This document shows positions 56,027 through 64,000 of a stretch of 64,000 nucleotides of DNA, in pieces. Below the pieces are notes generated by a model. The model made no database searches. It was given only the letters and a program-made list of their open reading frames with translations, and was not told the origin of the DNA. Source of the DNA: Candidatus Hydrogenedentota bacterium (GTDB lineage Bacteria > Hydrogenedentota > Hydrogenedentia > Hydrogenedentales > CAITNO01); NCBI GenBank assembly GCA_029776995.1, contig JAKOTZ010000030.1, positions 4,355 to 68,354 on the forward strand, read 5' to 3'. Within the stretch, counting starts at the first letter, position 1; every line of letters begins with the position of its first letter. The position numbers and the translations under genes were made by a program.

Positions 56027-56611
56027 ATGGCAAATGATCAAAGCGTTCGCTCGGTACTGGACGCGGCCCGGAAAGAGGCCGAACGGATCGTCGAAAAAGC
56101 CCGGAATTCCGCCCAGGCCAAACTGAAAGCCGCGGAGGAAGCGATTGCCGCGGAAACCGAACGCCGGGTCCAGGCGGCATGCCGGGCTGTCGACGAGGAA
56201 TGCGCCCGGCAGCTGGGCAAAGCCCGGGGCGCCCACGGCAAAGCCCTGCTGGAAGCCCGGAACCGGCGCCTGAAAGACGTCATCTCCGAAGCGCGGAATC
56301 TTGTGCTGGCGGATGCCGCCAGGTATGAGGCGTTAATGGCCCGCCTGCTCGAGGAAGCTGCCGCCGGCGGCGTTCCGGGCCAGGTGCTCGTTCACGCTGA
56401 GGATCGGGCGCTGTTCAAGAAACTGCTGGATTCCCTGAACGCGAAGCGGGCCGCCTCGGCAAAACTCACGCTGGCCGAGACGGCGATTCCCGCGCGGGGA
56501 GGATTTATTTTCCGTACTGAAGCGTATGACGTGGACCGGACGCTGGACAGCCTGCTTGCGGACCGTGAGCGGGCTATGGCGCCCGAACTGGCTAAGGCAT
56601 TGTTTTCATAG
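56027..56611 (+). CDS. ntpE: V/A-type ATPase subunit E
   Basis: Coiled-coil N-terminus, GGFIFRT, DRTLDSLL; operon position. Confidence 0.85.
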   Translation: MANDQSVRSVLDAARKEAERIVEKARNSAQAKLKAAEEAIAAETERRVQAACRAVDEECARQLGKARGAHGKALLEARNRRLKDVISEARNLVLADAARYEALMARLLEEAAAGGVPGQVLVHAEDRALFKKLLDSLNAKRAASAKLTLAETAIPARGGFIFRTEAYDVDRTLDSLLADRERAMAPELAKALFS

Positions 56612-56653
56612 CGGCAAGGGTCGCGCCCGGGGCGCGCGGCCGCGAAAGGATAC

Positions 56654-57661
56654 GTGGCGGTGTTGATCACCCTGACAACGGAACAGCAGGCTTGGGGGTT
56701 CGTCTGCGGCCAGGTGGCCGTGCTGGAAGGCGGCCTCCTGCCTCGCGATTTTTTTCACGCCCTGGCAGGCGTTGAACGCCAGGATGACCTGCTTCACCGG
56801 CTCCAGGATACTCCCCTGCGTGAATACGTTACGCCAGGCGCGGGATGGGAAGAGTGGAATGATGTCATTGATCGTCACTTCTACCAGCAGATGCGGGAGA
56901 TCAGGGCGAACAGCCCTGTAGGCACCTTGTCAGCCATGTTCCTCCTGGGAGGAGATTACCTGAACCTGAAACGCGCCGTGCTCGGACGGCACGAATTTCC
57001 TTTTGAGAAAAGCCTGTTCACGGAAGAACGGCTGCACGCGGCGGCTTCCGGGGATTATGCCCTGCTGCCCGCGGAAACCCGCCAGGCCTTGATGCGGCTG
57101 GGCGGCGCCGCAGGCGCCGATCCCGCCCAGGTTCGCGCCCAGATTGATCTGGTCCTGGACGGCGCCTACCTGCGCCATATGATTCAGCTGGCGGACCAGA
57201 TGGCCGTGCCGCTGATCTCGGCCTACGTGTCGGATTACGTGCTGGCCAAAGGGGTTGCGTTGCTGCTGCGCCTGCACGCCCAGGGCGGCATACAATCCCG
57301 ACAGATCGAAGACCTGTTCCTGCCGGTGGGCGAGCATACCCATGTGCTGCGGTCGCTGGTGGCGGCAGGCGATCCCAAAAACTGGGCCAGTATCGTTCCG
57401 GGTCCGGTGGGCGATGCCTTCCGGGCGGTGCTGGAACAGCCGGAAGACCAATGGGCGGCCCAGTTCGAGCTGCTGGCGGCCAACCATCTGATGCGGTACG
57501 CGCGTCAGGGAAAACTGCAGACCATGGGGCCGGAACGGGTTGCCGCTTATTTCGTGGGGTTCCGTTCACAGGCCTATAACTTCAAGCTGGTGGTAAGCGG
57601 CCGGTTCAATGGGCTTGATCCCGAAGTGATCCGGCGGCGTTTGCGGGAGTGCTATGTCTAA
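56654..57661 (+). CDS. ntpC: V/A-type ATPase subunit C
   Basis: [43 protein letters not shown]. Confidence 0.88.
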   Translation: MAVLITLTTEQQAWGFVCGQVAVLEGGLLPRDFFHALAGVERQDDLLHRLQDTPLREYVTPGAGWEEWNDVIDRHFYQQMREIRANSPVGTLSAMFLLGGDYLNLKRAVLGRHEFPFEKSLFTEERLHAAASGDYALLPAETRQALMRLGGAAGADPAQVRAQIDLVLDGAYLRHMIQLADQMAVPLISAYVSDYVLAKGVALLLRLHAQGGIQSRQIEDLFLPVGEHTHVLRSLVAAGDPKNWASIVPGPVGDAFRAVLEQPEDQWAAQFELLAANHLMRYARQGKLQTMGPERVAAYFVGFRSQAYNFKLVVSGRFNGLDPEVIRRRLRECYV

Positions 57662-57974
57662 AGCGATCGTAGTGGGAGAGCGAAGCCTGATTCTGGGGTT
57701 CCGCGGCGTGGGCATGGAAGTGGTTCCTGCGGAAGACGCCGAGGGTTTGCGCCGGGCGCTGGGTCCGCTCTCGCGTGATGCGGACGTGGCCCTGGTGCTG
57801 GTAACGGAGTCTTTGGCGGCCCAGGCGCCGGACGCGCTGGATGATTTTCGGTCGGTCAGCCGGGCCGTGATTACCACCATCCCCACCCACATGGGGAGCA
57901 CCGGATTCGCTTTTAAGGAAATGCGGAGCGTCGTGGAGCGTTCCATCGGCGTGGACATGCTGGGTAAGGACTGA
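57654..57974 (+). CDS. ntpG: V/A-type ATPase subunit F
   Basis: [23 protein letters not shown]. Confidence 0.9.
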   Translation: MSKAIVVGERSLILGFRGVGMEVVPAEDAEGLRRALGPLSRDADVALVLVTESLAAQAPDALDDFRSVSRAVITTIPTHMGSTGFAFKEMRSVVERSIGVDMLGKD

Positions 57975-57978
57975 ACGT

Positions 57979-59745
57979 ATGACGAATGAACAACGCGGCG
58001 AAGTGGTAAAGGTCTCTGGTCCCCTGGTACAGGCCCGCGGGCTGGCCGGCGTGCGGATGTACGAAATGGTGCGCGTTGGCGACGCGCGCCTTTTCGGGGA
58101 GGTCATTGAAATCCGCGGCGAGGTCGTTTCCATCCAGGTATATGAGGAGACGGAAGGCATTGGACCCGGCCAGCCGGTATTCCGCACGGGGCAGCCGCTT
58201 TCCGTCGAGCTGGGACCGGGCCTGATCCGCTCCATTTATGACGGCGTGCAGCGTCCCCTGGACAAACTGGTGGAACAGTGCGGCGCGTTCATCCTTCGCG
58301 GCGCTGAAGCGCCCGCGCTGGACCGCTCCGTCGAATGGGACTTTGTCCCCGTGGCCAAAACGGGCGACAACGTCGTGGCGGGCGATGTGTTGGGCACCGT
58401 AAAAGAGTCCGTGATCGTCGTGCACAAAATCATGGTGCCGCCGGACATCCCGGAAGCTACCGTAAAAAAGATCGCGCCGGTTAAGGGAAATGTGGATACG
58501 GTGGTGGCGGTGCTTGAAACCGCCCAGGGTACCCGGGAGGTCCGCATGGCCCAGTCCTGGCCGGTCCGCATGCCCCGCCCGGTAAAAAGCAAAATGCCGC
58601 CGCAGGTGCCCCTGGTAACCGGGCAGCGCGTCATCGACATGTTCTTCCCCCTCACCAAAGGCGGAACGGCCTGCGTGCCCGGGCCCTTCGGTTCCGGTAA
58701 AACCGTGGTGCAGCACCAGCTGGCCAAATGGTCCGACGTGGACATCGTGGTGTACGTGGGATGCGGCGAGCGCGGAAATGAAATGACCGACGTGCTCATG
58801 GAATTTCCCCACCTGAAAGACCCCAAGACCGGGCAGCCCCTGATGGAACGCACCGTGCTGGTGGCCAACACGTCCAACATGCCGGTGGCCGCGCGCGAAG
58901 CGTCCGTGTTCACGGGCATCACCATCGCGGAATATTTCCGCGACATGGGCTATTCCGTGGCGCTGATGGCCGACTCCACCAGCCGGTGGGCCGAAGCCAT
59001 GCGTGAAATGTCCGGCCGTCTTGAAGAAATGCCCGGGGAAGAGGGATATCCCGCGTACATGGGTTCCCGCATCGCCGCGTTCTATGAACGTTCCGGCTAC
59101 GTGAAATGCCTGGGATCGGACGACCGCGAAGGAACGCTGTCCCTCATCGGCGCGGTATCCCCCGCGGGCGGCGACTTCTCCGATCCGGTTACGCAGGCTA
59201 CGTTGCGGGTAGTGAAAGTATTCTGGGGACTGGACGCTAACCTGGCCTACTCCCGCCACTTCCCCGCCATTAACTGGCTCACCTCGTACTCCCTCTACCA
59301 GCAGACGGTAGACAGTTACTGTAACGCGCACCTGCACGCGGACTGGGAGAAAAACCGTAAACGGGCCATGGCCCTGCTGCAGCGCGAAGCCGAACTGGAA
59401 GAGCTGGTGCGGCTGGTGGGCCTGGACGCCCTGGGAGCCGGCGACCGGATGACCCTCCAGGTGGCCCGCACGATCCGCGAAGACTTCCTGCATCAGAACG
59501 CGTTCGACGACCTCGATACGTACACGTCGCTGCCCAAACAGTTCGCGCTGCTGAAACTGATCCTGCATTATGAGGATGAAGCCCGGGCCGCCCTGGACGC
59601 GGGAGTCCAGCTGAACGCCCTGCTTAATCTGCCTGAACTGGAAAAAATCGCCGGCGCGCATCTCATCCCCGAAAACGAGATCGACCGGATCGACGCGATC
59701 AGGGAAGAAATCACCAAGGCTGTCGCGGCGCTGCCGCGCTACTGA
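57979..59745 (+). CDS. ntpA: V/A-type ATPase catalytic subunit A
   Basis: [39 protein letters not shown]; no intein. Confidence 0.97.
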   Translation: MTNEQRGEVVKVSGPLVQARGLAGVRMYEMVRVGDARLFGEVIEIRGEVVSIQVYEETEGIGPGQPVFRTGQPLSVELGPGLIRSIYDGVQRPLDKLVEQCGAFILRGAEAPALDRSVEWDFVPVAKTGDNVVAGDVLGTVKESVIVVHKIMVPPDIPEATVKKIAPVKGNVDTVVAVLETAQGTREVRMAQSWPVRMPRPVKSKMPPQVPLVTGQRVIDMFFPLTKGGTACVPGPFGSGKTVVQHQLAKWSDVDIVVYVGCGERGNEMTDVLMEFPHLKDPKTGQPLMERTVLVANTSNMPVAAREASVFTGITIAEYFRDMGYSVALMADSTSRWAEAMREMSGRLEEMPGEEGYPAYMGSRIAAFYERSGYVKCLGSDDREGTLSLIGAVSPAGGDFSDPVTQATLRVVKVFWGLDANLAYSRHFPAINWLTSYSLYQQTVDSYCNAHLHADWEKNRKRAMALLQREAELEELVRLVGLDALGAGDRMTLQVARTIREDFLHQNAFDDLDTYTSLPKQFALLKLILHYEDEARAALDAGVQLNALLNLPELEKIAGAHLIPENEIDRIDAIREEITKAVAALPRY

Positions 59746-59771
59746 GGCGCAAAACGAGAGAGTAACACGGC

Positions 59772-61160
59772 ATGGCTACAAGAGAATATCGCACCGCACG
59801 TCAGATTATCGGTCCCCTGCTGATGGTCGAAGGGGTCGAGGGCATCACCTACGGCGAACTGACGGACATTAAACTCGAAGACGGAAGCATCCGCCGCGGA
59901 CGGGTGCTCGAAGTCAGCGGCGACAAAGCCGTGGTTCAGGTGTTCGAAGGCACCAGCAACATGGACCCCGGAACGCTGACCGTCAAGTTCCTCGGAAAAC
60001 CCCAGGAAATCGGGGTCAGCGAGGATATGCTCGGCCGCGTGTTCGACGGCGGCGGCCGTCCCATTGACGGCGGCCCCAATATCATCCCTGAAAAATGGGT
60101 GAATATCAACGGGAACCCCATGAATCCTTACGCCCGGGACTTCCCCAATGAGTTCATCCAGACCGGCGTGTCTACCATCGACCTGCTGAACACCCTGGTC
60201 CGCGGGCAGAAATTGCCCATTTTCTCCGCGTCCGGCCTGCCCCATTCCCGGCTGGCCGCCCAGGTGGCCCGCCAGGCGACCACCCTCAAATCCGGCGAGA
60301 AATTCTGCGTCGTGTTCGCGGCCATGGGCATCACCTTCGAAGAAGCCGAGTTCTTCCAGGCCGACTTCCGGCGGACCGGCGCCATCGAACGCGCCGTGCT
60401 GTTCATCAACCTGGCCGACGACCCGCCCATCGAGCGTATCGCCATTCCCCGCATCGCGCTTACGACGGCGGAATTCCTGGCCTATGAAAAAGACATGCAC
60501 GTGCTGGTGATCCTCACCGACCTTACCAACTACTGTGAGGCGCTGCGTGAAATCTCCGCCGCCCGCAAAGAGGTTCCGGGGCGGCGCGGTTATCCCGGCT
60601 ACCTCTACACGGACCTCTCCACGATTTACGAACGGGCCGGGCGGATTAAAGGCAGGACCGGGTCGGTTACACAGATCCCCGTGCTGACCATGCCCGAAGA
60701 CGATAAAACCCATCCTATCCCGGACCTCACGGGTTATATTACGGAAGGACAGATCATCCTCTCCCGCGCCATCCACGGACAGGGCATCTATCCCCCCGTG
60801 GACGTGCTCCCATCTCTTTCCCGGCTGAAGAACAAAGGTATCGGCGAAGGGAGAACCCGTGAAGACCACGCCAACGTAATGAACCAGCTGTACGCGGCCT
60901 ACGCCCGCGGCAAAAACGCCAAGGAACTGGCCGTGGTGCTCGGCGAATCGGCGCTCAGTGAAATCGACCTCCTGTATGTCCGCTTCGCCGACGCGTTCGA
61001 AGACCGCTTTATCCGCCAGGGTGAAGAAGAGAACCGCACCATTTTCGAATCCCTGGAGCTGGGCTGGCAGCTGCTGGCCATGCTGCCGCGGACCGAACTG
61101 AAACGTATCCGGGAAGAGTATATCGACAAGTACCTGCCCAAACAGGAAACTACTGCCTGA
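59772..61160 (+). CDS. ntpB: V/A-type ATPase subunit B
   Basis: [39 protein letters not shown]. Confidence 0.97.
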   Translation: MATREYRTARQIIGPLLMVEGVEGITYGELTDIKLEDGSIRRGRVLEVSGDKAVVQVFEGTSNMDPGTLTVKFLGKPQEIGVSEDMLGRVFDGGGRPIDGGPNIIPEKWVNINGNPMNPYARDFPNEFIQTGVSTIDLLNTLVRGQKLPIFSASGLPHSRLAAQVARQATTLKSGEKFCVVFAAMGITFEEAEFFQADFRRTGAIERAVLFINLADDPPIERIAIPRIALTTAEFLAYEKDMHVLVILTDLTNYCEALREISAARKEVPGRRGYPGYLYTDLSTIYERAGRIKGRTGSVTQIPVLTMPEDDKTHPIPDLTGYITEGQIILSRAIHGQGIYPPVDVLPSLSRLKNKGIGEGRTREDHANVMNQLYAAYARGKNAKELAVVLGESALSEIDLLYVRFADAFEDRFIRQGEEENRTIFESLELGWQLLAMLPRTELKRIREEYIDKYLPKQETTA

Positions 61161-61192
61161 ACCTATAAACCAGGTGAAGGGAGCCAAGCAAC

Positions 61193-61825
61193 ATGGCACA
61201 GCAAGTGATCCCAACCCGGATGGAAATGCTCAAACTGCGGCGGCGTCTCGCCGTGGCGAAGCGGGGTCACAAACTGCTCAAGGATAAACTTGACGGGCTG
61301 ATGAAAGACTTCGGCGCCTATGCCAAAGCCTACAAGGAAGCCCGTCAACAGGTGGATGCCCAGTTGCCCCCGATCCTGAAAGGCTTTGTGCTGGCCCAGG
61401 CTACGTCGTCCCGGATTATCACGGAAGATGCCCTGGAAAATGCCTCCCGCGAACTGGATATTCAGGTTAAGACCCGCCGGATCATGAGCGTTTCCGCGCC
61501 GGAATTCAACCTGCGGGTCGGCGAGTTCGCCGGCGGCTATTCGCGCGTGCATACCTCCCCGGAACTGGACGCGGCAATTGCCGGATTGACGGATTTCGTC
61601 GAGGGCATTCTCCGCATGGCCCAACTGGAGGAGACGGTGCGGCTGCTCTGCGCCGAAATTGAAAAGACCCGCCGGCGGGTCAACGCCCTTGAGCACACCA
61701 TTATCCCCCGGACCGCTACAACCATCGCCTACATCAAAAACCGGCTGGACGAGCAGGAACGCTCCAACATCAGCCGCCTGATGAAAATCAAAGAACAGCG
61801 CCTGCGCCAGGAAGAGGCAGGATAA
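61193..61825 (+). CDS. ntpD: V/A-type ATPase subunit D
   Basis: PTRMEMLKLRRRL, RGHKLLKDK, KTRRRVNALEH. Confidence 0.95.
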   Translation: MAQQVIPTRMEMLKLRRRLAVAKRGHKLLKDKLDGLMKDFGAYAKAYKEARQQVDAQLPPILKGFVLAQATSSRIITEDALENASRELDIQVKTRRIMSVSAPEFNLRVGEFAGGYSRVHTSPELDAAIAGLTDFVEGILRMAQLEETVRLLCAEIEKTRRRVNALEHTIIPRTATTIAYIKNRLDEQERSNISRLMKIKEQRLRQEEAG

Positions 61826-61954
61826 AAAAGGGCTATCAATCCCGCGAACCGGGCCTGGCCGATCGGGTAATCGGCTGAACGCACTTAAACAGGTCCTCCC
61901 GTGCTGGAAAATCGTTGCTTCGAGCACGAGCAATGGCACTCAGGCAGCAGGCTG

Positions 61955-63988
61955 TCAGGGTTCAACCACCAGAATATCGTAAATGCCAAGCCCGGGAAGT
62001 TTGGCTGTCAGCTCGCCTTCCGTCCAGGACCATTCCACCGCTTTATCCCCGGGAGCCACGAAACACCGGGACGGTTTTTTCTCCACCGGAATCCGAACCG
62101 TAAAGGGCCCGGTGTCAGGCACAGATTCGACGATATGGCGGTTCGGAGAAAGATATCCCCCGACACCGCGGTTGACTAGCTGGATCAGCAGGGTATCGCC
62201 CCGCTTCCGGGCAGCCATTTCGATCCACCAGGGACCTTCCATCCGCGCCAGTCCAGAGGGTTCCATCGCGGTGAGTATCCCCGCTATAAACCGCCGCAGA
62301 TCGGGGTAACGACCCTGATAATACGCGCGGAAAATCGGACCGGGAATTACGGCAACAGCTCCCTTTCCAACTCTGCGCAGCGTGGCTGCCGGTACGCTCT
62401 CCCGCCGGTTCAGATCGGGTTCCTGCTGGTACAGCGCGTGGGCCAGCACCGTGACGCCGCTGCCGGGAACCACCGGCCGGAACGCGCCCTGAACCGCCAC
62501 CGCCCGACCTTCCACCGGAAGCCAGTTCATGGCCGGCGCCTCCATGTCCGCAAAAGTGATTCCTGCCAGTTCTCCAAACATTTCGGCTGCTTCGCCGCCG
62601 CTGATCAGCAGGCGCCCTCCGCCCTCCACGTATTCAGCCATGGCCTGGCGGAATGCTTCAGGCAGCCGCGTGACTTCGGGTATGACGATCACGGGATATT
62701 GTCCGGCGCGTTCCGCGAGCGCGGTTTCATTGAGCAGGTCAACGCTCCATCCAGACTCCAGCAGCGCGAACAAAGCGCCTTCCATGGGCTGGTTGGCCCC
62801 GCCGAAATTGAACAGTGGGTCATTGCGGGTGTACCACGTGCTCTCGCTGTGCAGCACGGCAATTTGCGGAACCGTTTCCGTCCGGTGGCACCACGGCTGC
62901 CGTTCCCGGCAGAAACGGGCCACCTCGGCCAGCACGTCCATATGCCAACTGTTCAGCCGTCCCGACCGCTGGGGCGTGTCATAAATGAACACGGCGCCTC
63001 CCTGAGCCATAACGGTAGACACCTCCTGAGACAGGTGCGCCGCGTTCTTGAATGTCCACGGCTGATCTCCCGTTTTCAGAAAACTCCAGGTCATCAGGTC
63101 CCAGGGAACCCGCCGCGAAGCGATAAAACGCCCCTCAACCATAGCCCGTTCAGCGCCAAAAGACGGATCGTAATCCCCGCTGATGTAATCCAGCGGCACG
63201 TCCATGGCTTCTGGCATGCGTACGGTAAACGACCAGTTGCTGGTTACCAGGCAGGACGGCTTCTCAGCTTTCACCGCCGCCACGTACCGGGCCACGTATT
63301 CCTTGAACAGGGTGCGGTGGAAAGCCAGCCACTCTTCCCAGTGGGGATCTCCGGCCTTTTTGGGAATCTCGGCGATGCCCGTGCGGCGGGTGAATTCTGC
63401 CTGGCAGGCCGGGCTCCAGTCCGGCAGTGCCGCCCAGCAGTCGCCGTCTATCCACATCCCGTCGATGTCATATTCCCGCACGACTTCCAGCAGCTGCGGA
63501 ATCATGCGTTCGGTGGGGTAAGGGCTGAGCAGGCTCACGTAATTGGGGTGCCTGTTGCCGTGCGGGTCCATCCGGGCCCATTCCGGGTGTTCTTCCAGGA
63601 CACGGGAGTCCCATACGCCGGAATAGTGGATAGACAGGGGGATCCCCATTTCCCGGGTAACTTCCCGCCAGATCTTCAGGGCATCATTAATAATGCCGGG
63701 AGACGGTGCGCCCACTTTGGTCGGATATCCGGTGTATCCGGGATGTCCCTTACAGTCGTACTGGACAAAATCGGGCTTCACTTTCTCGAGCATCTCCCGA
63801 ATATGCTCCGCGGTTGTTTCCCGGCCCAGTTCCGTGTCGCCGGCATTGGGATGCAGGTCAAAATGTAGTCCAAAGAAGGCGTTTTCATGCCAGTTCAGCG
63901 GCTTTTCACCTGCATGTTCCGCGCCCGCCGCCCACAGGCACAGGCACCACCACGACACCAGAACTGCGCATAACCATTTCTTCACCAT
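61955..63988 (-). CDS. Exported glycoside hydrolase, GHL6/alpha-fucosidase-like TIM barrel with beta-galactosidase trimerisation-like domain
   Basis: Signal peptide; FFGLHFDLH, DCKGHPGYTGYPT, YSGVWD, DGMWIDG, QIAVLHS. Confidence 0.75.
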   Translation of the reverse strand: MVKKWLCAVLVSWWCLCLWAAGAEHAGEKPLNWHENAFFGLHFDLHPNAGDTELGRETTAEHIREMLEKVKPDFVQYDCKGHPGYTGYPTKVGAPSPGIINDALKIWREVTREMGIPLSIHYSGVWDSRVLEEHPEWARMDPHGNRHPNYVSLLSPYPTERMIPQLLEVVREYDIDGMWIDGDCWAALPDWSPACQAEFTRRTGIAEIPKKAGDPHWEEWLAFHRTLFKEYVARYVAAVKAEKPSCLVTSNWSFTVRMPEAMDVPLDYISGDYDPSFGAERAMVEGRFIASRRVPWDLMTWSFLKTGDQPWTFKNAAHLSQEVSTVMAQGGAVFIYDTPQRSGRLNSWHMDVLAEVARFCRERQPWCHRTETVPQIAVLHSESTWYTRNDPLFNFGGANQPMEGALFALLESGWSVDLLNETALAERAGQYPVIVIPEVTRLPEAFRQAMAEYVEGGGRLLISGGEAAEMFGELAGITFADMEAPAMNWLPVEGRAVAVQGAFRPVVPGSGVTVLAHALYQQEPDLNRRESVPAATLRRVGKGAVAVIPGPIFRAYYQGRYPDLRRFIAGILTAMEPSGLARMEGPWWIEMAARKRGDTLLIQLVNRGVGGYLSPNRHIVESVPDTGPFTVRIPVEKKPSRCFVAPGDKAVEWSWTEGELTAKLPGLGIYDILVVEP

Positions 63989-64000
63989 ATTTTCTGTCCT

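Noticed and set aside
57979-59745. Intein in ATPase subunit A
   Set aside because: The length (588 aa) is normal and the GCGERGNE region is uninterrupted.

Overview
A 64 kb window of a GC-rich bacterial chromosome, probably Candidatus Hydrogenedentes. That assignment is inferred from the DUF1559 subfamily motif [18 protein letters not shown]. Bases 1 to about 8310 are the decaying right end of a genomic island integrated at the 3' end of tmRNA (ssrA, 8311-8663, minus strand). The island carries an HME-RND metal-efflux cluster (czcC, czcB, and czcA broken by two in-frame TAG codons), a PII-like gene, a cadA P1B ATPase cut off by a microhomology-type fusion into a large serine recombinase remnant, and a recombinase-associated HTH gene. 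The rest is core and accessory chromosome: cysC, phoH-pgpH-ybeY-2xCNNM, tRNA-His plus hisS, cca, lon-engB, mtaB-larE, rsbW/rsbV-like genes with priA, a complete Na+-type V/A-ATPase operon, a PAS hybrid kinase, and several exported glycan enzymes (GH78, GH106, GH127, GHL6-like, DUF1080). The most striking observation is a tRNA-His gene with no encoded G-1, a G1.U72 pair and A73. It lies directly upstream of a HisRS that carries the matching alphaproteobacterial-type signatures (motif-2 loop KPGPGRFRQF, GPGRxDESGD insert). This suggests the G-1-independent His identity system occurs as a linked tRNA-synthetase unit outside Alphaproteobacteria. No CRISPR array or IS element was seen. All homology calls come from recognising motifs by eye; no searches were run.
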